Source: Trichinella spiralis | Taxonomy: Eukaryota | DNA: 64,000 nucleotides | NCBI RefSeq assembly: GCF_000181795.1 | Contig: NW_003526943.1 | Coordinates: 11,708,007 to 11,772,006 of the forward strand | Direction: 5' to 3' | Shown: positions 46,540 to 58,100 of the stretch, piece by piece | Position numbering within the stretch: position 1 is the first letter of the stretch | Layout: each line of letters opens with the position of its first letter | The notes under the pieces: model-generated | Told to the model about the DNA's origin: nothing | The model's input: only the letters and a program-made list of their open reading frames with translations | Databases searched by the model: none | Made by a program: the position numbers and the translations under genes

Positions 46540-47232
46540 AGCTATGAAAATTGAACAGAAAGGATAAGAAACAAAACATAATTCCAACTCCACCAATAAC
46601 AATTTTAAATGAAGCTTCGAACGGTAAAGTTAAAAACATCAGAATCAGGAAAAATAAAAATAAGGAAAAGAAGCCTGCTTTTCACGTGAGAAAACGGGTG
46701 TTGCAAAAGATTTCTTCTTTGCAGACGTTTTTCTGATTGAAACTTCAGAAATGGCAGAGAGCTAATTAAAACCAAAAATATACGAACTGCTGATATTCTG
46801 AGTTTACTTGAGCAGTAGAAGAACACAGTGTCAAAGCTACAAAGAATTAATAGTTCAACAAAAAACAACTTCACTGAAGAAAGAAATATTTATGCTGTTT
46901 TAATTGTGATGTGAACATTTAACTATAATAACATACATAAATTTGTCATGCATTTTTGTCATTGCTTTCGAAAGCATCATGTTTTCAAGTAAAATGTACT
47001 CTATATTCATTAGAGACAAATAATTTTTTGCTTCAAACAATTGAATTCACTTAGAAAAAGTCACACTGAAATATTTTCAACTGCCAGCCTTATTTTTTCA
47101 TAAGATTTACTTCAAAATCTTTACTCTACACTTTACACTTTTACATTTAACTTCACATAATATTATCATGTAAATATGTGTTAAACAAGCTTTTGAAGCA
47201 AGCGATTAATTACTATTTGGCTTTTAAGTTAA

Positions 47233-50200
47233 CCCTTTTGTCATAGTTATTTCAGATTTTGTGGGATTATTTATGTTTAATTTCGTTAACATACGTCTCA
47301 ATAGAACATGCTTCGAACTTGAAATCTCATGGCCTATTACTGTTCTTGAAAATGTTGCTTTACAGCAACACCTGACATCAACGGTGAAAATTCGTTTCTT
47401 CATATCAAATGTTATTTATATCATTTTGATCTCAAAACATTATTTCAGTCTTCAAAATGAGAATCTTGTTTGTTTCCGGTAATGTTTGATTGCTAATTAC
47501 ATTTCTTTTTTAAGATTAACGAGATGGATATTTTAAAAAAGCATTTTTAAACAACTTCTCGCGTATATTCATTCTCTTATATACTTTTATTTGATATTAA
47601 TTTGCGACATCAACAAAAGAACGTCAATAATAACTGAATAGAAATAGCAGTTTCCTGTGTTAGTAATACACAGATGTACATCATATTTCATGCAACAAAT
47701 TTGACATGCTTTCTGACAAACGACGGTGTTTTTTGGATGTTATCATTTCGGTCAACGGGTCAGTACGGGCAATATCCAGCGTTGATTACACCGCTCGTCT
47801 GATGGGTCTTGATCGACTCTATTCTTCTTCATCCGTTTGTTCTGCTTGTCACCGGTCACGCTTACACCGGTACACGGAACGGTCCATTCTGTACAAGGAA
47901 ATCAACATGCGAGTAAAATCTACGCCTCTTATGAACTTCTTGTATTCTGAAACCACTGCTGAACAAGGGACTTCGATAAACTGAAGTTTCCTTTTATCCC
48001 AACGTGTAACTGGCTCAACCGGGTCCACACTTGTATGTTGATGACAATATTACTTCACGGTTGTCGAACCACTTCAATACGCACACCTTATTATCTTTGG
48101 CGCGATAAAGTCGGTGGCACCTCTGCCTCTTCGTTTCAATTCATTGAAAGGCCTCACCGGGCAGCCGCGAAGCCTGTTTGATCGCATAGTTGCAAGTGAG
48201 TGGATCCCGTCTCTCAGTAATGCTTCATGCAGTTCAAGAAATGCAAAGTAGTTATCAAAAAAATACTTTGTACCCCTTGTGCTTCGGCAAAGTTTCACAC
48301 AACTTTGACTACTACATCAGCGCTGAAGAAACCAACAGGGTTTTCTACTTTTGGCATCATTCCATCGCATAGCCAAAAGTCATGGACGAATCAATTTCCC
48401 AAAATGTCCCTCTTTCAAGCCCCGCTTATCTGGCTTTCTTGGGTTGTAATACTTCATTTTGCCTAATGTTCAACAGTGCAGGGGGCTGTTATTTGCAGAT
48501 AACAGAATTTTCAAGTTTGATGTTTTCGAGCAGCGGCCGTACCATGAAAAATCGATCATACTCAGGATGGATTCTGTCCATAATAGCTGTATCGATGTCA
48601 TTGAAATGACGAAATTGCCGAGATGGCAATTTTGTATTTATCTCTTTTCATTTTGTTGACCAGCTTCAGTGAGCGTCCTCGTCGTCTACAATAAACGCAG
48701 CGTCGGCCTTGATAAAAAGAATGTCGGGCTTGAGCGCGCCGGCTGGAATTGGCACCTTGGGCTCTTTTATGATCTGGAAACTGTCTTTCAGCGCCACTTG
48801 TTCGAGAAAGGTCAGGACTGCGTCATGGCGCTGGATTACCAAGCCGTGATTTGCCGGACACCTCTGGCAAATGTGTGCCAAAGTTTCGGTGGCACTCTTG
48901 CAAAACCGGCATTCTTTCATGCCGAGGCGGCCCCGTAGGTTTTCGGCCCGGGTGGCTGCGGTGTTCGAACGGAATTTCACAGCCATTATGAAGTTTCTTC
49001 CGCGGGCACGGCCGTTTGTCAACCAGGCGTTTCCAATAGTGTTTCCCGAAAATTCGTTCCATCCACCGCTCTGGTACGTCTGGAAAAAGCGTTGGTACCG
49101 TTTTTTCTGGTAGACGCGCCGAGCAACTTCAATAACTTTCGGGTCACGGGCGATGTTCCACCTTTCAATGAAGAATTCAGCAACCCATTTCGAGAGGGGG
49201 TCCGACGATCCAGCCATCTTGGCGAGTGCCTTCTGCCTGCTGAAGAGGGAAAACTCCTCGAGGGAAGTAAGTCCCATTCCACCGTCTCTAGAGGGTATGT
49301 AAAAGATATCAGTGCACATACCAGCTTTCACTGAGTGCAAGATCTCCTTCACACACCCCCGGATGATGGAATCGATCAGCCAGGCTTTCCGGCTGTCAGC
49401 TTCAGCTGTAGAAAACAGGAACTGAAGGCGGGGAAGAAGGTGTGACCGTATCAATGCCACCTTCTGTTCCGATTTCAGTGGAGCTGACTTCACCGATTTG
49501 AGCATGGATCGAATTTCCTCCGTATCGATGTGGATCTTTCCTTCTCCATCGAAGGTGTGCCCCAGGAAACGAAAGGTGTCCGTCGCACACAAGGAGGGGA
49601 TTTCTGAGCTGATACCCGTTTTCCAATCGCTGATGTTGAATTTGGCAGCTGGGTTGACGAATGTCTTGCGGCTTCGAGGAGATCTTGAAATACAGAGAGT
49701 GCGGCATTTCTCTGCATTAAGTGACATTCCAGATTCCTCCAGAAAGTCACAAGCCGCTTTTAAAAGGATCTTCATGCCAGCTGCACTGTCAGCCACCAGC
49801 GTCAGATCATCGGCGAAAGCCAGGATGCAAATTTTTTCGCCATGGAAATCGTAGGCATGGCCGCAGGCTTGTAGGCGACCTATTATCTCGTCTATAAATA
49901 GACTGAATAATAGGGGCGACAAGGGGTCACCTTGCCTGACTCCATTGCGAATGGGTATAAGTTTGCCCTGGAGCCCTTTTATTTCGACGTATGTAGACCC
50001 CATTAGCATGTTCAGAATCAGGTCAATTGATTCCGGGTCAACGTTTTTGTTCCCAAGGGCTCGTAGAATCCGCGAGTGGGGCACCGAGTCGAAGGCTTTT
50101 GCTAGATCGAGCATTGCTAAGCAAATTTCACTCGACCTCGCCTTAGCATCCTTTAGAAGGGCGTATAAAGTCGACGTGTTCTCAAATATGCCATATATTT

Positions 50201-51531
50201 TAAGTTCCACCCTTGCTGCCAGCCGTCGAGTGATGATCTTGCTGAGCAGCCGGTACATCGTGGATGCAATCGTAATCGGTCGACATTTGGAAATGTCGGT
50301 GGTGCCGTCAGTTTTCGGGAGAAAGATTGTTCGACTAGCTTTCACCGAGTTGGGTAAATCGGCAGACTTCAAGCAGATGGCCCAACTGCCGTTGGGTGGG
50401 CGGCTTTTAGTTCAGCCTCGACCTCCTCGGCCAGTATTGGATGGGTAATGCTGACGCCGTGTTCAGCATTTACCGCAGAATACTCTACGGATTCTGAATT
50501 TGGCCGGTAGGCGAGGATTTTTTCCAAATGTGTGGAGACCTCTTCAATGCTGCCATCGAACTGCTCTAATGAGGCTACGTCAAGAATATGACCGGCCAGC
50601 TTCCTCCGGTTGCTGTGAAACAGACGTTGGAAGCGTTTGAATCGTGCGACGCGGGGGTTGGCCTTTTTCTTGGGACAGTTGACAGGCTCGCACTGGGCTC
50701 TTCGTGTAGGATTACGGCCAGATGCAAGAAGCTGGTGGAGTCTGCCACAGAATCAACAAGTGATGAGTGTGCCCAAAACATGCGATACCGTTGCAATGCG
50801 AAAATGCCTATCTTAATCAGCATACCAATTAAGATTTCAATCTCAGCTTCTGTTGCAGCCAGGTTGGAATAGAAGCACTGAATGGCTTTACAATTTGTCT
50901 CAAATGAAATTTAAGAGAAGCTGTGGTGTGAAGTACTTGTGGAAGTATTCTACTGGCCGAAGAACTGGTGGTACTTCTTCATCCGATTCTAAACGGTTTT
51001 ACCAGTGAAAGCTGCTGTTTCCGGCTTGAAAGGTCGTCGACTCCAAATATTAGATTTTTTTAGCATGGATGGCAGCATCACCTAACCTCAGACACGTGGG
51101 ATAAACGGTCGAATTCATCGTCAGAATCTGTCTGGCTCAGATACATCAGGATCTGGCAGAACTACAATTTGTCTAACAGTTCGTCCAGATTTTGTTTGCC
51201 AAAAGACGGTGACAAAGTCCATAGTAAAGCGTGAAATAGTGCAGACTGATTTGAGAAATTATAGCTAGTCTTGATAAAAAGTCAGCAGCCAATGGTTGTT
51301 CAGACTTTTATCTCACACACAGCTGTCCCGTATATCATTTGTAGAAAACGTTCATAGGGTAGTGGCGTTAGACGCAGGGTTAGATCGCACCATCTTCACA
51401 GGTTCGGTATTCATTACTCAAGACAACAGCATATATATACACAACGATGGGCACAGTGGACCGACAACGCTGCGTTATCAACTGACTTTCACGCGCCCGA
51501 GTCTCCAACGGTAGCAAGACCTACAAAAAGG
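47233..51531 (-). mobile_element. Decayed piggyBac-family transposon (PGBD-type transposase pseudogene), interrupted by an R2-like fragment
   Basis: N-half near 51200-50740: RPVEYFHKYFT, EIEILIGMLIKIGIFALQRYRMFWA..VDSVAD. C-half near 48655-47870: MKRDKY..HFND..DRFFMVRPLLEN, KYFFDNYF..LATMRSNRLRGCP, WFDNREV, EYKKFIRGVD..MLISLYR. Many stops and frameshifts. TTAA|CCCTTTTG at 47229 is a plausible end; the opposite end near 51523-51535 is only a degenerate match, so outer coordinates are tentative. Confidence 0.8.
48662..50736 (-). mobile_element. Internal fragment of an R2-type (restriction-like endonuclease) non-LTR retrotransposon
   Basis: Upstream frame: RVARFKRFQRLFHSNRRKLAGHILD and PILAEEV..TAVGP. 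ORF 48666-50372: RTIFLPK, RPITI, LDLAKAFDSV, GVRQGDPLSPLLF, AFADDL, FRFLG, APLKSEQK, DGGMGL, CCHC knuckle CRFC..ETLAHICQRC, RHD, KPD. Sharp rise in GC content relative to flanks. Confidence 0.92.
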
Positions 51532-51793
51532 TCAACCTGATTAGCAGGTACAATTTCCCTGTCGCCGTCACAGTAGTAAATACTCGACACATAGCTCAGA
51601 ACTTCTGACTATTACCAATGCTCAAAACAACAGCTGCTATATACCACATATATAACACGACAATGTCGAAAATGATTTTTTGTTCCACCCATATATACAG
51701 TAAGCATGTTTATACGGAAACAAAGGTATAAAAAAATACAGTATACAATTTTGAAAATATTAAAATTTTTTATTAAAACCAAAATTTTACCAT

Positions 51794-51974
51794 TGTAACG
51801 TCCTGAGTTACGGTAGACCTTTGTCGATCATACAAACGAGGCATATCTCGGGTTCTCAACGTTTATTCACGCACACAAATACGAACACTCTATATATATA
51901 TATATATATATATTTCAGATGTTTTGCCGCTAGGTAGAGGTCGTTTTCCTTTTGATTATGATCGTACCGTTACA
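51794..51974 (-). mobile_element. Solo LTR (181 bp), probably Ty3/gypsy type
   Basis: Perfect 7-bp inverted ends TGTAACG..CGTTACA, with a 4-bp direct repeat CCAT on both sides (51790-51793, 51975-51978). On the minus strand a TA-run (TATA) precedes AATAAA (51867-51862). Confidence 0.85.
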
Positions 51975-53810
51975 CCATTAATACTCAGTGTCGCTTTAAA
52001 GCAACAACCGTTTTTACGTATGAAACTCGCCTGCTACACAGTCACTTAATCTAGTTGTTGAAAAATCTTTTCTCTATACTTACTCATCGGTGCTTAAATT
52101 CCCCACGATCAAAACACTGTTTCCAAAACCAAAATGCACCAAAACAACGGTGACGTAACGTCAGTTACCCCCCCTCCCTTTTTTTCTCGACGATAAACAA
52201 TGGAATCGCAATTAAGCAATACAGCAATCTCAAAGAGTCAGCGTCTACGCTGTACATCTGCCACAATTCCGGTGGTCAGCTGCTGACTACGCGTCAAAAT
52301 GAAATGTTTCTCACAGCGTGGCTGTTCAAATCAATGCAGCCGCACAGACCAAGCGGTTGCACAACCAAGCCGTTTATTGAATCTGGTTCTCAGAGATTTG
52401 GGCCACCGTGAGATCTGGACCTGGAGTCAGGTCACCATCATGTATGAGTATGAGTGAGGAGGGACAACACACGCAAGAAAAGCTATCTTCCATAAGCTTG
52501 AACTGCTCATTACCTATCCTGTGCTTCAACTGAATAAAATTGAATTATACATTGTACATTGTTTTTGATCATTTATAAACAGAAACATACAGTTCACTTA
52601 CAAAAAAGATCTACAAGTTTGAACCAAAGATTTCTTAACACTAGTCATACCATATTTCAATACTACGGGTCTGTCTGAGAGAATAAAAACGTCTCAACTC
52701 ACAATGATTTTCTGGTAACAAAATACGAACGTTGAAATAAACTATAAATTTAAATATTAACTCCTAACATATTTGCCTCAGTATATTCATCAATTATGAC
52801 TGTTTTCTTTCCTTCTAGATTTAATAAAACAACAGAAGCATGAGGGTAGTAATGGAAGAATAGCAAAACAGATCATTTTACATGTTACAAAAATGTAGCA
52901 AAAAAAGATGTTGCTTTAAAGCAACATTGGGCATGGAGATGGGCATTAAATAACAAATACATATGTCCATGATGACCGTAATGTATGCTTACTGTCTTTC
53001 TAAAAACAAATGCTGCATGCAGTTAATCATGATAAGAATCAACCGCTGTACTAGAACGAATAATAGAGGTCAGAGATAACGAATAAAAAGAACCAGTTAA
53101 ATTGCCTGTCGGTTTGTGTATTTATTTGTCGCTTAGTAGTGTGGCTTAGAAAACCTTAAGGAAGTTCTTTACGTTTCCTTAACGTAAAAACCCCTAAGCA
53201 CTGGTCAGAGCGAGCACTCATTATATATGAGCTATGCGAGAGAGGCAAGATCACAGAATGTGACAAATTCACTAGCATCATAAAACAGTATTGCATGTTT
53301 ATATATATGTGCAACAAAATACCCGCAAATTTGATACAGGGTGTAAAAAATACAGTTTTACAACATGTGCTGAACATCTTTTCATTTAAAAGAGCAAAAA
53401 TACAAATAAAACACCATACTATTCATCATAAACCTTACTGATTTTTACCTTTCATATAAATTCCATATCATATCATATCAAAATCATCATATACATTAAA
53501 CTATCTGCATCCTTGGCCATTTTAAATTGCAAAAATATGTGGATAATGTTGTAGCAAAAAAGGCATCCTTTGAAACGCCTTCAATAATTTCCTCAGTTAT
53601 CATTATTACAGTATGACTAAAAGAAAATTAAGATGTCAAATGCAAAAGTGGTGCTTGTGCTTTAGCTGGCATTGCAAATTGAGAATGAAAATGAAACGAT
53701 TTTCGCCGATTGAAGTTGAAAATCAATTTACATGCTAGAATGCCGTTTCGTAAAAGAAATGAAAAAAGTCACGACTGACGTTGGAGAAACATGCAAACAC
53801 AGCCTCGGGG

Positions 53811-53816
53811 TATAAA
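53811..53816 (+). promoter_or_regulatory. Candidate TATA box of the PAN/SOD-like gene
   Basis: TATAAA in a GC-richer context (GCCTCGGGG TATAAA), 94 bp upstream of ATG 53905, which has a CACCATG context. Confidence 0.45.
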
Positions 53817-53904
53817 CATGTGAAACCAGTTCGCGCGCTCTAATAGCTCATGCTCCACTGACGTTTGCGTAGAAGGTGCGCCAAACCAATTTTTGCACAC
53901 CACC

Positions 53905-54996
53905 ATGCACGGTTCGTTGGCAACTGCTACAGCGCTGCTATTGATCGCTTGTCGTACGGTAACCAACAGCGATTTGCCGAAGCAAGCCAATTCCCAAGGT
54001 TCAGGCATATGAGCATCTTTCGAAATGAAAAAAAATAATAATTGTTTGTATTTTATTTTCTTGAAGATGGAAATGTGGATAATTCGAGACTGAAACAAGT
54101 GGACGATTTGGAATTGCTCCACTGTTTCGAACATGTCGGCAATCGGTGGCTGGTGGGCTTTACAACCCATTTGACCAAGGTTCGTTTCAAAGACGACTGT
54201 TTGCGTGAATGTTTGCGGGCAAAAATTATGCTCAACTTCACCTGCAATTCGGCAATGTACCTGTCCAGTGAAGGCGAATGCATTCTCAGTCAAGAGAATC
54301 GTAAAACCCAACCAGACCTGTTTACTGAACCACAAGAAGGTGAAGCGGTCACTGTGCACTATTTCGAAAATATATGCACCCTGGCTCGTATGGAAGGTAA
54401 AAAGGTTCATTTAAATGAACATTCGATGATATCATATCAAGTCTAGTTCGTTGGTTTAAGCTGAATTGGGCAGCGAAGTTGGCACGGCAACGGTCGAATT
54501 TGGCGGCTATCGTGGCGTGCTTGGCTACTTGGACTTTGTCCAGTCAAAGCAAGACAAAGAACTAACCACGTCCGGTATTATAGTAGGTCTGGAGCCAGAT
54601 AAACAGTATTCGATCGAAATTTCACACGAAACCGACTGGATCAAAGGATGCAGTTTGGGAATAAAAAACGAATTCAAACTGATGAAAGTGAAAGGTATTT
54701 CGCAACCGTACGTCGAACCAGTCACCACTTTATCCAAAGAGGTTCTCGAACTCATGTCCGATGCCCATGGAACTCATGTAATGGCTAAGCGTCGTCTCCA
54801 TTTATCTTTGTACAACATGGATCGCATTATTGGCAGCATGCTCAGCATATGGCCCAAGGACAGTAAGTCGCCAGTAGCTTGTGGAATTGTGAAACCACTG
54901 AAAAATGTCCCCGAAGCGATGACCAACGCTGCACCCGGCCCCGTTCCGGCACTTCTAACCCTTTTCATACTTCTGTTAAGTCGCATGACATATTAA
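53905..54996 (+). CDS. Predicted GPI-anchored surface protein: signal peptide, PAN/apple domain, degenerate Cu/Zn-SOD-fold domain; 319 aa; exons 53905-53998, 54067-54396, 54461-54996
   Basis: Phase-1 junctions join in frame (960 nt). PAN six-Cys pattern CF..CLREC..FTCNSAMY..CIL..PDLF..YFENIC. SOD-like GVLGYLDFVQ..SGIIVGLEP..KGCS..DAHG..LSL..IIG..VACGIV. Tail NAA-PGPVP-ALLTLFILLL. Confidence 0.8.
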
Positions 54997-55169
54997 ACAA
55001 TATATATATTTCAATAAATGAAACGACGAAAAACTAATATTACAAAACAAAACATTGTTCTTCAATTCATCCAATCAAATATGAAACAACAATCTTATTG
55101 TTTAATATTCATATTCATCATATTCAAAGTTGTTCTGTTATCGTTTATGATCAAGTGGGTTTTCGTTGA

Positions 55170-58100
55170 CTAATTTTCAGGTCGGTGACCAGAAACACTT
55201 TGTGATGGATCAACCACGTAGCCTAAAATTTGAAATTGAAGTGTACATTTGATTTCTAACGTAAAATAAAATTTTCTATTTAAAAGAATTTCCTTTCAAT
55301 CATTCAACATTCAAACATGAAATTGAACCTCAATTCTTGCTATTATTCCACGTTCTGCTCTGACAAACGCAAGAAAATTGATAACACAATTTCGCTCCAC
55401 CAAATGGCCCATTAAAATGAAACACGCTCTTCACAAATTGTACAATATTCATTTAAGATACATTTCAACTATCATTTTCGTTCAAATTAATAATAAATAA
55501 ATAACATTGAAATTAAATACACAATTATAATCCATTTTTAGTTATTCCTCAGTTTCACTTCATTTCAAAATGGTTTTTCTTAAACCATTTACCTTGTTAC
55601 AAATTTAAGTCAAGGCTATTTATTAACCTTTAACATGTTGCCACAATTGTGAAAAATTACAATTAATTAAAAAGAAAAATTGATTAAATCTATTAAAAAT
55701 AATAATAATTATTATTATTATATTAACCTTTTGTGGATTTAATTATGTAAAAATACTTTTAACGTTTTAATATTAATCAAAGAAATATATTACCATTTTT
55801 ATCAACCAGCTTTAATAAATCATTAAATCGTGATATCGACAACAATACTGCAGAATCTTCTGATTGAGAGTTCGAATTGGAATCACCTCCAACTGGCAAA
55901 GAAGATGCATCCTCTTTGTTCTGCTTTTTAGTTCCCATCAATTCATTCATGATGACAAAAAATTCAGGTCGATACTGTAACATTTTAACAATTGCAACGA
56001 ATATTTTTAAATGAAAAATAAAATTCACGCAATATACTTGAACACTTGAATGCCATGCTTTATTTATTAAAGACTGAATTTTCGCAGGAATAGCGTCGCT
56101 TAGTAAAGGGCGATTATTTCGGTAAGCCATTTCTGCTGCTGCCGTAGCTTGAAAAAGCAACTTATCATGATTGACAATAATTTCAGCGCTTCTTTATAAG
56201 TGCACTTTACCTGGTTTTAGATGAACAAATGGGATGTCACCAGTATAGATTTCCCATACACAGAGTGCATAAGAAAAAACATCCGCTTTTGTCGTATAAC
56301 TGCCGGACTGGAGAAATATTTCAGGAGCCATCCACCGTAAATTCTAAAATGGAAATATTACAATTTCCTTATTTACTTTGTCAAGTAAAAAAAAGTAATC
56401 ATCATACTCCTGGTTGCCTGGTCATATCAATGTCTCGTGAATCCACAAATCGAGATTCTCCAAAATCAGCAACCAAGGCACGATTTCCTTTTAACAATAT
56501 ATTATGAGGATTCAAATCACGATGAATAATGGGATACGATCTTTTATGTAAGTAATTCATAGCACTGGCCACATCAAAACAAATTGAAAACTTGAACTCT
56601 GCATCAAAAAACCTACCAACCAAAACAAAAATATATTAACTGACTGTGACTTTCAAAGATTTGTCAAGTAAGGAAGAATTTCACATAGAAAATGTGAAGA
56701 AAATAATTTGGTACCGTTTTTCTTCATGTAAGGCGTTAAATAACGATCCATCCTGAGCAAATTCTGTTACAAGAGCAAATTGCTAAACAAATATTAAAAA
56801 TTTGCTGCAGAAAATTAAATTTATAAATAATTCTCATACACTAGGATCGTCTAAGCAAGCACCAATGAATTGCAAAATGTTTGGATGATTCAACCGGCTC
56901 ATGATGGAAACTTCCCTACAGAACATTTTCACGTCGGATTTGGAACCCACGGACCAAGATCGATATCTAAAACATTAATCTCCTTGCTGTACAAAAATGA
57001 ATACAGACTGTTGCAAAATTACCTTTTCACTGCAACTGTTCTATTATTCAAAACACATTTGTAAACTTTACCAAAGCTGCCAGAACCTACAGATTCTTGC
57101 AAGTCGATGTCGCTCATTTGTATATGATATTGGTTTCCCAGCAAATTACGCAACTGAAGAACTTCTGCCTTTTCTTTCGTAACACTTTTTAACTTCCCCA
57201 TTGGTGATGGCAAAGTAACCGATGCATAATCTAAATTCAAAAATTAATCTTTAACAATATTCATAAGTAGATGAGAACGCACTGCGCATACCATTCAAGG
57301 AGTTGTAAGAACATTCACTTGCAGATGAACGAGAATATTCTGAACGTTTCACATCTTTTAAAAGGTTTACAATATTGTCAAAGCCTTTATAAAACGAAAA
57401 AAAAATATTTTCTCTCATATTTCAAATAGCATTTACTTACCTTGTTCATAAGCCCAAGCTATTGGGGTTTGACTTGCCACTGATATTGGACCTTTCGCAG
57501 TGTTTTCAAAATCGACATCTGAGTCACCAAATGCACCACTATTTGCGTGTTTAAATTTTCGTAGTATTTGAGAATTTGCGCTGATATCCATGTCGGCTCC
57601 TTGATCAAGCAAAAACTTCACTACTTTCAAATGACCATTGTAGCAGGCACTATGCAGTGCTGAAACAGAGTGCAGGGTGAACTGAGATCAACCAAACGTG
57701 ACATAACTGACTTACGTGTATGACCATCACGTCCTTGGCAGTTAACATTCACTCCCGGCTGCTTCAACAAGTAGCCGATTAAATCAACACTTTTTCCTGC
57801 GGTGCAAGCACTGTTAGATTAAAAATAAATTTTCAAGTCAACATTTTACAATGAAAAATAATAATAAACAATTACGCATGTAAAGGCGTTTCTGAAAACA
57901 TATTTTCCTTCGACAGGCAATCAAAACCACTGCGGCTAATCAACAATTTCACTATTTCAAATTGATTCGAATAACATGCACTGCAAAAGCTTATTACAAT
58001 TATACATATTTTGAGATATGCTTATAAAAAAATACTTGTGCAATGGAGTATCACCATACAAATTTCCTTCGTGAACACAAGCTGAAATAATGTCGTAACG

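Noticed and set aside
48666..50372. RT as a retron, DGR, group II intron or domesticated gene
   Set aside because: RT plus CCHC knuckle plus RHD/KPD endonuclease is a eukaryotic non-LTR element. There is no ATG start, motifs are deleted, and no template repeat or ncRNA partner is visible.
51340..51525. Second solo LTR (TGTAG..CTACA, 186 bp, similar internal layout)
   Set aside because: Flanks (CATT / AAAA) give no TSD and no PBS or PPT is adjacent. It could be piggyBac subterminal sequence.
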